Origin: Octopus vulgaris
Taxonomy: Eukaryota
Assembly: GCA_951406725.2 (NCBI GenBank)
Contig: OX597815.1
Coordinates: 208,134,001 to 208,198,000 of the forward strand
Length of the DNA stretch: 64,000 bases
Reading direction: 5' to 3'
Positions 50,373 through 64,000 of the stretch are shown here, piece after piece. The notes under the pieces were generated by a model, which saw nothing but the letters and a program-made list of their open reading frames with translations, was not told the origin of the DNA and ran no database searches. Each line of letters starts with the position of its first letter. Position 1 is the stretch's first letter. The translations under genes and the position numbers were made by a program.

Positions 50373-52291
50373 AACAACTTATTGCCTTCCCTTAAAAATT
50401 GTTGGTCTTGTACCAATTCTTATTCAGAGTCACTGACCTCCCAGATGGAATGGAGGAATACAGATTTCAATTTTGGTTTAGTTTCTACAAGACACTCTTC
50501 CTACCACCAAACCACCTACTTCACAGAGTGTGCTGAGTACTTGCTATTATAGCACCAGTGCTAGAGAAGTTGTCATATTCTTCTCAAGACTAAAGTGTTA
50601 ACTCGACACAATATCTCCACTCATCCACCAACCACGTTATTGAGTGTACTGGGTGTATATTATCATGGTACCAGCACAAGGCATTATCACTGAGAAGGTG
50701 GATAGAAGAGAGAGAGAGAGAGAGCATTAATAGAAAAACCAGGATGGGTTTGTGAAAGCTGTAAGTATATGATACTAGAAACTGAATGGCTAGAGTGGGA
50801 GAGAATGACAGTAATAGACAGGTATAGTGACAAAAGTAAATGATGGATATCATTAACAAGTGATGGGAGAGGGAGTGATGGCTGGCAGCATAGAAAGGAT
50901 GATGAAAGAGTGTATTGAGTACTACAGGATTTGTTACACCAGCAACATAATAGAATGACTGAAAGGGAAAGTAAGTGATAGAAAGACGAGTGATAGAAAG
51001 ATAGTTGATAGACAGATGAATAACATGAAGATGGGTGATAGGTGGGGTGAGCGATAGATGTGGATCAAAGATATGTGTGACAGAGAGAGATGTGACACAA
51101 TAATAATAATTAACATTGTTAGTATTAACAATAAATATAATTACTATTGTCAGTATTATTACTCTTTCTTTATAAAGTAAAAAAAAAAAACAAGTAAATA
51201 GTTGAAAAGCTAGGCAAGCAGGCCTCTTAAAGTATAATGTGTTGGAAGTAGTAGATTTTGAAACATACTGCCTCTAAGGTAATCTGTAAATGACTAGTTG
51301 AAGTGGTAAACAATGTAAAGAAGAACCTTTGTAGTTGGAAAACCAAACTGGCCAAATATGTTTGTCTTTGAAAGAATTTTTGAGATTTTGATCTTTTGCC
51401 TATAACAGAGCCTTTCTTTGTTCAAAGAATGGCCATATCAGTTGAGAAGAACAATAGCCGGGTTAGAACGAAACAAAGGAGAACACTCCAAGCATACAGG
51501 ACTAACTGATTGTTCCCGAAGGCAAAGAAAGCTTCCTTGTAGATTGATTGTGATGATGGTGGTTTGTGGTGTTGGTTATTGTAGTTGTAATGATTGTTGT
51601 AGTGGGGGTGGATGGTGGTGATGTTAGGGGTTAGGGGCGGGGCTGCAATTGCAAATACTTGTGGTGGAGGTGTTGATGGTCGTTGTAATGATGCTTGAGA
51701 TGGGAGTGGTGGTTGTGATTGAAATGGTTCAAATTGTTATGGTGATGGTGATGGCAATGGTAGAGCTGGTAATTGCTTTCACTGTGGTGGTTGTGTCTGT
51801 GGTGGGCGTAGTAATGGTTGTAGTGCCAGCAGTGGTGGTTGATAATAAAGGCTGATGTAGTGTTGCTAAAGGCCTACGGCTGCAATGGTGTTTGAAACAG
51901 TAGTCGCAGTAGTGCTGATGTCATTGAGGTGACAGCGGAGGAAGAGGAGGTGATGGTGGTGGTGGTGGTGGTGGTTGTGGCGGTGGCAGTATTGGTGGTG
52001 GTAATGGGAGGTGGTGGTGGTGCGTGTGCTGGTGATAGCATTAAAACAAAAAGTAAAGCAATGGGATTTCAGTAATTTTTTTCTAAATGGAAATGGTAAA
52101 GATAATTGCCACTGTAATGGTCAGAGATCTCTTGAGTGTTGATGGTAACATTAGTGATAGTAGCAGAGATAGTATAAGTAGTACCTCACCACACATCATT
52201 TGGTACCAGGCTGCATAGAAAAAATAAATTTTAGAATTTATTTCTGTTTTATTGTTCATAGCAATCTGCAGGCTGTTTTTTATATTATATT

Positions 52292-52701
52292 CTTTTATTC
52301 TTTTACTTGTTTCAGTCATTAGACTGCGGCCATGCTGGGGCACTGCCTTGAAGAATTTTTAGTCATATGAATCAATCATTGTGCTTATTTTTTTTTTTTT
52401 AAGTCTGGTACTTATTCTATCAATCTCTTTTGCCAAACTGCTAAGTTAAGGGGACATTAACACACCAACACTGGTTGTCAAGCAGTGATGGGTGATGAAC
52501 ACAGACATAAAGATGCATGCACGCACACACACACAAACATACGACGGGCTTCTTTTGGCTTCTGTCTACCAAATCCACTCACAAGGCTTGGATCAGCCTG
52601 AAGCTATAGTAGAAGACCCTTACCTAAGGTGTCACGGCAGTGGGACTAAACCTGGAGCCATGTGGTTCAGAAGTATTCTTCTTACCACGGAGCTAAGCCT
52701 G
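52292..52701 (-). mobile_element. SINE family A, older subfamily
   Basis: Full layout with more divergence. Confidence 0.8.
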
Positions 52702-53330
52702 CACCTATACACACACACACATACACATATATGTATGTATGTATAAAGGGTAAAAAGCTCCCTTCAGTCATGAATGATCATGGGATTGCACTTGGAAAAA
52801 ACCCTTCGAGGCACAAGTCCGGGCAATATTGTTTATGGATGACCAGCAGTCGTCTATGGATACCAGCCTCCCCTCTTCATGCAAGCCATGTTATCCAAGG
52901 GAAAGGAAAAGAGGCTGATGCAGCTTGGCACCAATGACATCACAACTCATTTCTTCAGCTAAGTGAACTGGAGCAAAATGAAATAAAGTGTATTACTCAA
53001 CAAACACAATACACAACCAAGTCTGGGAAGTGAACTCACTACGTCGTGATTGTGAGCCCTACATTCTAACCATTGGGTGTTCGTCTGGTATGTTGATTTT
53101 TGTTCATTCGTTATAAATCTTGAATTATGCTTGCACTGAAGATTAAAAAGTGCATTTCTGCACTAATTATGAAATCATGTTATTTGCAACTGAATTCTGT
53201 TTTTAGAAGACCCACTTCGAGGGTTGCATTCCCTCACATTCGATACTATGTGTTTATTTATTTTGGTAGTCTTGACTTTAAGAGTCCCTCCTAGTGTGTG
53301 GCATTTATGTATAGTAATGCCCTCAATATG

Positions 53331-53363
<33 letters not shown>

Positions 53364-53369
53364 TGTATG

Positions 53370-53420
<51 letters not shown>

Positions 53421-53696
53421 CATATGTAACAAATTACATACTATGTTCTTAATTGTGTTTTGTTATGCACATGATTTCCTAATCTGTGCAAAAAATCGTT
53501 TTTGCATGAAATCAGTCAATGATGTAAAAATGGTTGGGAACCTCTATTAAAAAGAAAGCCTAACCTTTGAAACGGTTTTCTTCTAATGGGCAGGAATGCT
53601 CTGGCTGAGCATTCCTAATCTTGTGGACTCATAGGTGCTGGTGCCATGTAAAAAGCATCAGTACCATGTAAATGCACCCATGCCAGTGCTGCATAA

Positions 53697-54081
53697 GGGA
53701 AGCACTCCGTCGGTTACGATGACGAGGGTTCCGGTTGATCCGAATCAACAGAACAGCCTGCTCGTGAAATTAACGTGTAAGTGGCTGAGCACTCCACAGA
53801 CACGTGTACCCTTAATGTAGTTCTCGGGGATATTCAGCGTGACACAGAGAGTGACAAGGCTGGCCCTTTGAAATACAGGTACAACAGAAACAGGAAGTAA
53901 GAGTGAGAGAAAGTTGTAGTAAAAGAGTACAGCAGGGATCACCACCATCCCTGCCGGAGCCTTGTGAAGCTTTTAGGTGTTTTCGCTCAATAAACACTCA
54001 CAACACCCGGTCTGGGAATCAAAATCGCAATCCTATGACTGCGAGTCCGCTGCCCTAACCACTGGGCCATTGCGCCTCCAC
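53697..54081 (-). mobile_element. SINE family D chimera nested in a family C copy (53630-54268, +)
   Basis: TSD GCTGCATAA (53688-53696, 54082-54090); head and body as 29184-29492, 3' module as 31486-31810. Confidence 0.88.
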
Positions 54082-55054
54082 GCTGCATAAAGCACCCAGT
54101 ATACTTTACAAAGTGGTTGGTGTTAGGAAGGGCATCCAGCCATAGCAAACCATGTCAAAACAGACATGGAGTCTGGGCGGTTCTTCAGCTGACCTGCTGT
54201 CAAGCCGTCCAATCCATGCCAGCATGGAAAAAGGACATTGAATGTTCATGATGATAACAATGATGATGTGAGGTCTGTAAATGCACCTTTCACTAGCTTG
54301 TCACAACCTTTGAGAATGAATGCAAAGCTAGCCTTGTGGACAAATAACTGCAGTTAATAAGAGCTAGCTACATTCCTGAATACAATTTGTTAACAAAGCC
54401 AAATTATAATGATGGATGTGTAGTTGTCATGCACAACCGCCAGTGACTGTAGCCAGTTTAAGGAATTGTGAACAATGAAGATGTAATTTTGTAAATTTAG
54501 TTATTGAAATATATAACACAATGTGCATTTTGATGGAAACTATGTAAATTAAAAGCATACTGCAAGATATTTTTCAATGCCCCTGTTGTGTTGGTTATGG
54601 TTTATGTGTGATACTAGAGCTGTCATTAAAGGGAATAGCATTCTTACAGTTGTTTGTCTGTACGCTGTTGGAATTAGGTCCGAAGCACACAAAAATTAAC
54701 ACAGTAGCTAATAGAATAAGAGCCCATAGCTTGTCACATTAACGTCAACACTGCCTTTGCAACCACCGCCACCACCACCACCACCACCACCACCACGACG
54801 ACCAACAACAACAACAACAACGACAACAAAGCCACTTCTACCATCACCATTATCATCTGCATCTTGTTACGTTTTCTTCTTTTTTTTTTTCCTTTTCATT
54901 TCCTTTTTCCTCCCCGCCATTTTCAACATCATTATTGTTTGAAATCAAATTAAAACTGCAGCTTTAAACTAAACTAATATTAATGATTAACTTCCATTTT
55001 TGAGTCATTTGTCCTTTTTCTTTCTTTACACAAACATATAGACACACATACACA

Positions 55055-55256
55055 AACACACAAATATATATACATTCACACACAAGAACATCTATATATA
55101 TATATATATAAATAATCAAACACACTCACACACAAATATATATACATTCATACACAAGAACATATATATATATATATATATATATATAAATTCATATATA
55201 TCCATATATATAATCAAACACACCCAGACACAAATATATATACATTCATACACAAG

Positions 55257-55309
<53 letters not shown>

Positions 55310-55475
55310 TCATATATATCCATATATATAATCAAACACACCCAGACACAAATATATATACCTTCATACACAAGAACATATATATATATATATAAATTCA
55401 TATATATCCATATATATAATCAAACACACCCAGACACAAATATATATACTTTCATACACAGGAACATATATATAT
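55055..55475. repeat. Minisatellite of ~5 units with variable (TA)n
   Basis: Repeats of aatcaaacacacccagacacaaatatatatacattcatacacaagaacatata... Confidence 0.85.
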
Positions 55476-55914
55476 ACATGAAAACACACATGCCACAAAC
55501 TCAAACAAAACCTATAATAAAACATAACTATCTAAAACTCTAAAACATTCGTTAAGTCAAAATATTTCGAATAGCCAACACAATTTAAAAGTATAATTAC
55601 ATTATTTTTTTTCTTTTCTCTTTTAAAAACGAAAATGTGATGAAAAATGAAAATAATATTTGCATAATGACACATAGATATTTGGACTAAATAAATAGTC
55701 TAGCATCTTCTTAGTTTAATTAACAACATATTTGTGTAATATGGTGTCTCGGATCCGGTTAGTTACTATTGGTCATATCACCTTACATATGCGAACCTAT
55801 AATTAATCAACTCCAATCAGAAAGGACTCAGATATCTGCACCGGCTGCAATGACCATCCATCGATTTGTCTTTCAGGAAACACGAGTTTCGTGAGTTTGC
55901 TGTGTATCAGTCAT

Positions 55915-56070
55915 AGGAGTGGCTGTGTGGTAAGTAGCTTGCTTACCAACTACATGGTTTCGGGTTCAGTCCCACTGCGTGGCACCTTGGGCAAGTGTCT
56001 TCTACTATAGCCTCAGGCCAACCAAAGCCTTGAGAGTGGATTTGGTAGACAGAAACTGAAAGAAACCCTT

Positions 56071-56123
<53 letters not shown>

Positions 56124-56285
56124 CTGTGTGTCTGTGTTTGTTCCCCCAACATCAATTGACAGCTGATGCTGGTGTATTTATGTCCCTGTAACTTAGCGGT
56201 TCGGCAAAAGAGACCGATGAATAAGTACTAGGCTTACAAAGAATAAGTCCTGGGGTCGATTTGCTTGACTAAAGGCAGTGCTCCA
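55915..56285 (+). mobile_element. SINE family A, 3' tail replaced by foreign insert
   Basis: Full head and body, ending at ggcagtgctcca. Confidence 0.9.
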
Positions 56286-56440
56286 TTTTTCCTGTGTCCT
56301 TATATAGGGACACAGGAAAAATGTGTCGAAGCCATCAGGAGGTGTCGATGCTTCCTAGGGCTAAACAGCGGTGGTGTAACCCCCTACTGTCACGTTCACG
56401 TTAGATTGACAGTATACAACCATTCTATCGCCCCACCACC

Positions 56441-56492
<52 letters not shown>

Positions 56493-56839
56493 CTGTGTGT
56501 CTGTGTTTGTTCCCCCAACATCAATTGACAGCTGATGCTGGTGTATTTATGTCCCTGACTTCTAAATTAGCTGATTGTTTGGCATCAACAATGTCTTGCA
56601 GCATTTCAAGACTGATTAAATAACTAACAGTAATGTATTGATTTCCTCTTTCTGAAGTCTAACCGAAGTTACGTAACACATAAAAATCGTAAAATGTAAA
56701 TACACAAAACCTTTGGTCAAAGATAAATATATGTGTGTGTGTGTCTATGATGGTGTATGCAAATATGAGTTACACAGATGCATATGTGTATATACACATA
56801 CATATGCACAAATATAAATTATTACATACATATATACAC

Positions 56840-57600
<761 letters not shown>

Positions 57601-58244
57601 CACATGCACATATATATGGATATATAAAGAAGATTGTATTCACGTATATAACTATTTATGCATATATTCATGTGTATAGCATATTTTTGTGATGTAAATG
57701 TAGGCTTTCAATGTGTGTATATATATGCACGCACAGGTGTATATATATATGTGTATGTGTGCAAGGATGCATGAATGTGTGTCTGACACAAACATTAATA
57801 TAAACACTTCCCATACGTTTTATCACATATTTGAAGGTTATTTTTATTTTTATTTTTTGTATGCTTTTTTGTTTATTTTTTTAAATACACTTTATATAAT
57901 CTTCATCCATAATATGCTCATTACTCCCATACAACACTGCACAACAAAAAAAACCCCCACTAAACTAAATAAATAAATAAAAATTTTTAAAAAAAGCAGA
58001 AAGGAAAAACAGAAATGAATATAGAAAAGAAAGTAGAAAACCTGGAAGTGCCAGAAGTTGAAAGGAAGATCAAATTGACAGCGAGCAATGTAAATGCAAT
58101 GACAACAGAAATTTCCATATTAATATCCACCATGGTATGAATATCTACAAATCTAGCTGACATAAAGTCAGTCAGTTAGACAATATGGAGGTCCATATCA
58201 GTCAGAAATTGTTTATGATCAATTACATTAAAACAAGAATTCAC

Positions 58245-58419
58245 AATGATGATGATGATAATGATGATAATAATAATAGTAATAATAATAATAATTATAA
58301 TGATGATGATGATGATAATAATAATGATGCTGATGATAATAATAAAAATGATGATAATGATAATAATAATGATAATAATAATAATAATGATGACGCTGAT
58401 GATAATAATAATAATAATA

Positions 58420-58457
<38 letters not shown>

Positions 58458-58580
58458 TGATGATGATGATGATGATAATAATGATGATAAAAATAATGAT
58501 GATAATAATAATGATGATGCTGATGATAATAATAAAAATGATGATAATGATAATAATTAAAATGATAATGATGATGATAA
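58245..58580. repeat. (TAA/TGA)n microsatellite with higher-order repeats
   Basis: gatgctgatgataataataaaaatgatgataatg occurs twice. Confidence 0.9.
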
Positions 58581-58729
58581 TTTGCAAAGAGGCTACTTTT
58601 TACATCATCAAATAAAGTGCTTAATGGAATAAAATAGGTTTGTAATGAAAAACAAGGCAATGAATATCGTAAAGTGAAATACAATAAAGATTGAAATATA
58701 TATATGTATGTATATATATATATATATAT

Positions 58730-58747
58730 ATAGATAGATAGATAGAT

Positions 58748-58802
<55 letters not shown>

Positions 58803-58813
58803 TAGACATAGAC

Positions 58814-58872
<59 letters not shown>

Positions 58873-58873
58873 C

Positions 58874-58922
<49 letters not shown>
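58730..58922. repeat. (GATA)n microsatellite
   Basis: Visible. Confidence 0.95.
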
Positions 58923-59001
58923 CACACAATCACACACATGTATAGCGTATTTGTGTCAGAGATGAAAAAGAAAAGAGAATATAAATAATAGTTGTAATAA
59001 A

Positions 59002-59036
<35 letters not shown>

Positions 59037-59325
59037 ACAAAAATAATAACAAAAACAGTCCCAACAAGAACAACAAAACAAACAAACAAGCTAAAAAGAT
59101 AAATAATAAAATATTTGCATGACTTTATATTCACAAATAAATAAATATGAGTCTGACTCTATAGAATACATTAGAAAAATATTAAGTGATTTTTGTAAAT
59201 TGAGTATGTCACTCAAAACAATAAAGTCTGAAGTCATGATAACATATGTTGTATAATGGGTAGTGTTTGGCTATGATATTTTAAACAGATGATTGAAGCA
59301 TTACATATGCATCTATGTATGTGTG

Positions 59326-59403
<78 letters not shown>

Positions 59404-61127
59404 TACATACATATATATATATATGTCCGACCTATGCCAGCATGGAGCCCGGTTGATGATTATATATAAATATATATATATATATATACACACACAAACA
59501 CACATATGTATATGTATTCATAAATATATGTATGTATACATATACATAATATATATATATATATATCTACACATACTATACACATATATATACACATATA
59601 TATGCACACACACACACACAAATGTATATACACATACATATGCATATATATATATATACATACACACACACACACACATATATACATATATATATTTGTA
59701 TATATAGATACATATGTATGAATGACAGAGATGATTATGTGCATATATACATGTGTGTGTGTGTATGCATGTATGTACTGTGCTTGTGTAATGTATAAAT
59801 AATCTACAGTAGGACATTTAATTATTCATAAAGCATATCTGTTTCCCCAAACCATTATGGCCCTGTCATACTATTTCTGGTAGGATACACAGGAATGGTT
59901 CTGTGAGCTTCTCCAACGAGCATGTAGCTCCAGGTATTCATTACACAGAGAAATGGGAGTTTTGATTTTCATGCTTGTCCTGTGTTGACATCAGTAAACG
60001 TCAACCAAGGGAAATCACATATCAATTATTACATTCTTTTACCCTTTAATGATTTCATACTGGATTGTACCTAGACCTGGTCATACTGGAGCAGCATCTT
60101 TAAGAATATAGTTGATCGGACTCACAATCATGTGGTGACGAGTTCGATTCCTGGACCAGGCTGTGTGCTATGTTCTTGAGCAAAGCACTTTATTTCACAT
60201 TATTTCACATTGTTCCACATTGCTCTAGGTACCAAGCTGTATCAGACTTTGCCTTTCCTTTGGATAACATCAGTGGTGTGAAGAGGGGAGACTGCTGGTC
60301 TCCTGTAAACAACCTTGTCTGGACTTGTGCCTTGGAGGGTTACTTTCTAGGTACAATCCTATGGTTATTTATGACCGAAGGGGCTCTTTATCTTTTTACC
60401 CTTTACGCTACATTTTTATTTTATCAATTTGGCATAGGGCTTTGACCATGCTAAAGTACCACCTTGAAGAATTTTAGTTTAAAGAATTGACTCCAGTAGT
60501 TATTTTTAAAAACCTGGTACTTATTCTATCGGTCTCTTTTACCAAACACACCAACACCGGTTGTCAAGCAGTGGTGGGGGACAAACAGACACACAAAGAC
60601 AGGAGCAAAACGGCCTTGCAGTCCACTCAAGAAAACACATAGTGAACGATCCACAAACACTCAAGCAAACTGAGTCCTTGACTTATTTCATTTGCCAAAA
60701 GGTTTACAAGGCACCAGTAGGCCTCAAAAGACATTCATGTCAATAGAATTAACACTTTATTTTACTGAACCCTCATTTGTTGTTCTCAACAAGAGAATCC
60801 ATTATCATATATATAGATTTATATATATATGCACATATATACATGCATATATATCTATCTATGTACAGAACAGACTTCTGTCCAGTTTACATCAAGTTTA
60901 TATTCAGTAACACTCTAAAGATATTGGTTGGCTCAAGGTTATATTAGAAACCAAAATGCACTGCAGAAGAAGTGAATCCAAAATCACCTGGCTACAAAAC
61001 AATCCACTCTGTATACCTTCGCTTAGGCAAAATTGAAACTCACAATGTAAAGAGTCATAATCGAATACACACAAGCCATTCTGCCTGATGCTCTACCAAG
61101 TTTTGTCATCCACCATCATATATGCAT

Positions 61128-61380
61128 TTGCCGGTGGCACGTAAAAAGCACCATCCGACCGTGGCCATTTCCAGCCTCGTCTGGCACCTGTGCCGGTGGC
61201 ATGTAAAAAGCTCCCACTACACTCATGGAGTGGTTGGCGTTAGGAAGGGCATCCAGCCGTAGAAATAATGGCAGATCAGACTGGGCCTGGCGCAGCCTTC
61301 TGGTTTCCCAGACCCCAGTTGCACCGTCCAACCCATGCCAGCATGGAAAGCGGACATTAAACGATGATGATGATGATGAT
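61128..61380 (+). mobile_element. Retroposon family C
   Basis: Two ~60-bp units, gtggttggcgttaggaagggcatccagccgtagaaa, and tail gcatggaaagcggacattaaacgatgatgat. Confidence 0.88.
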
Positions 61381-61774
61381 AAGTATTGCCAAAATTTGAA
61401 ATCAAATTGTGGAATCGGTTTGATGGCAGCTTATTTCTTTCTTCACTAAAACATTTATATGTTTACGCATTCTCCTTCTCTACCTTATCAACACATAGAC
61501 ACACACATACACACAAGCACATGCACTCACACACACACACACACACACACAGACAAGCACAGACAAATATGCACATATACCAGTGCATACACTAGGTTTC
61601 TTTGTAGAAGATAACAAAAAGCCAGAGGGTAAAACAAATGTCTTGCACAACTGTTTATACCCGAGGTTATGGATAAATAAATTTACCCTTCAAATATTTT
61701 TCGTCGAGTTGCAACAACATCCAATTTGCTGCTGCAAGTCAGTTGCTACAGCAAATTTTTGCTTGGCATTGACA

Positions 61775-62173
61775 TCTTTATATATAAAAGAGAAGTTGTG
61801 TGTCTGTCTCCTACGATTTAGATTCCTAACTACTCCCACATTTTGCAGTGCAGCTTAACCAAAACCGGGTATCTTATAGTCGCGATTCATATCGAGCCCT
61901 TCTGGGTATTAGCACACGTCTACGATGAGTCTACAATTTTAAAAAAAATTTACCATTATTTTTTTCCATTTTAATGCTTTTTTTCGCTATTATATAAGGG
62001 AAGTAACTCTCTAAAAATGTCTACGATGAGTCAACGATTTAAAAAAAAATTTACCATAATTTTTTTTCCATTTTTAATGCATTTTTTTTGCTATTTTTTG
62101 GCTATAACTCTCTAAAAATGCTTATATAGTTATTTCCCTTACAAACCCGAGCAACGCCGGGCGATACTGCTAG
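61775..62173 (+). mobile_element. Non-autonomous Helitron
   Basis: A|TCTTTATATATAAAA ... CCCGAGCAACGCCGGG hairpin, CGATACTG CTAG|T; internal ~100-bp tandem duplication starting gtctacgatgagtc. Confidence 0.88.
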
Positions 62174-64000
62174 TACATATATAAAATTTTATATCAGTTT
62201 GGGCAGAAAATTATTGAAAGGAATGTGCATGTGCACACACACACACACACACACAAACACACACATAATGTAACCATTGCATAAATTTAAGATGCAACAT
62301 TTGAGAGCAGTAGTCACAACAGTGAAAAGTACTGGACAATGGACAGCAGTAAATAGTACGGCAAGCCCCATAGCCATCCCAACTCCATCACCATCTTTGA
62401 GAAACATCCATTACTCTACTTGCCTTTAACACCTCAACTAAAATAAAAGCACTCAACAAAGAAGCCACTGCATGGTCACAGGATTTGCTAGAAACAGAAG
62501 CCAAATCATGTACAACTCATGTACAAATAAAAAAAAATAATTATCCATTGGATAATCAGTCTGAGGTGTGCAACACCTGGAAAATCATGGATTAGCCACG
62601 AATGGAATGTCTTTGTTTCTAGGTTTGTTAAATCTCACTTGACAGGGGTGTGGGGTTAAACAACAGCAGCAACAACAAAGAATCATTATTCTCAGTTTCT
62701 ATTTGTGAAGGTAGTAACAATTAGGAAAAGTGTTGAATACTTTTTGTAACAAAGTTGGTAGATTTTACCACCCAATTTTGCACAGAAATAAAAGTGAAGC
62801 CCCAACAGAACACAAAGAAATAGGTTAGCCACAGAATATATATTGGCATGCCACAATAGTAATAGATAACATATCTGTTACTATGTAAGATTTAGAGGAG
62901 AGCAAATGAGTGCTGAGGTGTACAAAAGTTTCTAAAAGGCATCAGTGATATAAATGAAATGAATTGACTCCCTTTGGGAAACAAAACCATAGCATGTCAT
63001 GTTATCTCTGTTTTATTACTGTTGCTATAATTTTCTTGGTATAATTTTATCAACATTTGTGTACCGACAGCATTTATAGCAATAAAAAACACCTAGTTCT
63101 TAAAGCCTGAAAAATAAGCAAATTTCAGAGTTGGTTGCTCTAGGAATTGCTGTTTGCTTATGATTTGATATTCATGACAGTATAACTTATAGAATCACAG
63201 AAGTCTGTAATCTATATAATGCAAGCAGTGATAATATAGAAGATAAACATGAATAAAAGCTGGGAATCATTTGAGAGGTAAATACTGTCATAGCAAAAGC
63301 AAAACAAAACAAAAAAAGCCCCAAACTGTCAAAGCACTTATGTTACATCTATGGGAGAATGATGTTGATAGGAACCCAAATAGCAACCAATGAACATATA
63401 AGAGGTGTAATTTCAGTTCCATCAAACTGGCAACGAACTGAGTTTTACTATATCCAGGTTTATTGTATAACTGACTAGAAATGCTTTGCAGGCATGAAAA
63501 GCTATAAAATGATGCAAGATATAATAAAAGAATTGGATATGTTCTCTTAGTTCATTGACCTCATCAGCTACAGAGAAGACATTAATGATAGCATAAAGTA
63601 GAGTTAATGAGTGGAAAGAGAATTGAAAAAGATAAAGAAAAACTAAATATCAAAGGAAAAATATTCCATTTATACCGATGAAGAAATTTGTTCTCTGCGT
63701 GGGTCCACTATGCAATGGGTGTATACTTCCGGTATGAAGAAAAGAATGAAGAAGGCGTAAAAATGAAGTAGTGGGACATGATTCTGAGATAATGTGTATA
63801 CTAAGTGTCTAACTCTTAAGGAACAAAAAGCAAAATAATGTGAAATCTAAAGAATTTGGTTTAAAATATGAGAAAAAGAAAACAGAGTCAATGGGAGTAT
63901 AGAAATTTCTTTCATCTTTCTCTTCTGGCTCCTCTTCCACGTTATCATTATTATCACTGTCACAGCTGAGGTATTGGATCAAGAGAACTCTTTGTACATG

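Noticed and set aside
51622-51642. TTAGGGG repeats as interstitial telomere
   Set aside because: Only two imperfect units within a GT-rich low-complexity block.
62900-63900. Possible very old RTE-type RT remnant (also suspected at 7.5-7.9 and 8.6-9.2 kb)
   Set aside because: Only faint motif resemblance; no convincing translated block could be read by eye.

Overview
AT-rich eukaryotic DNA that reads as intronic or intergenic and is saturated with microsatellites ((TA)n, (CA)n, (TACA)n, (GA)n, (GATA)n, (TAA/TGA)n) and interspersed repeats. The SINE repertoire looks like that of a coleoid cephalopod, probably Octopus; this is inferred from recalled repeat families, not from a search. No intact protein-coding gene, rRNA, functional tRNA or CRISPR array is supported, and nearly all ORFs in the track are microsatellite or SINE read-throughs. 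Supported content: several SINE-like families, including modular variants; three non-autonomous Helitrons; a complete but decayed Tc1 element; a maT/DD37D-like transposase remnant; a Gypsy pol remnant; CR1-clade LINE 3' ends; an R4/Dong-like endonuclease fragment beside (TAA)n; and hAT-, piggyBac- and mariner-type MITEs. The most notable signal is a set of short, non-coding, fold-back cassettes carrying type I hammerhead ribozyme motifs of the Penelope-like-element kind. These comprise three unrelated motifs within 11.2-12.1 kb and a palindromic double-hammerhead insertion inside the Tc1. Several local inverted or long direct duplications lie at retroposon insertion sites, and a small multi-hairpin insert lies at 56.3 kb. 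Family labels A-D are my own working names. All coordinates were read by eye.
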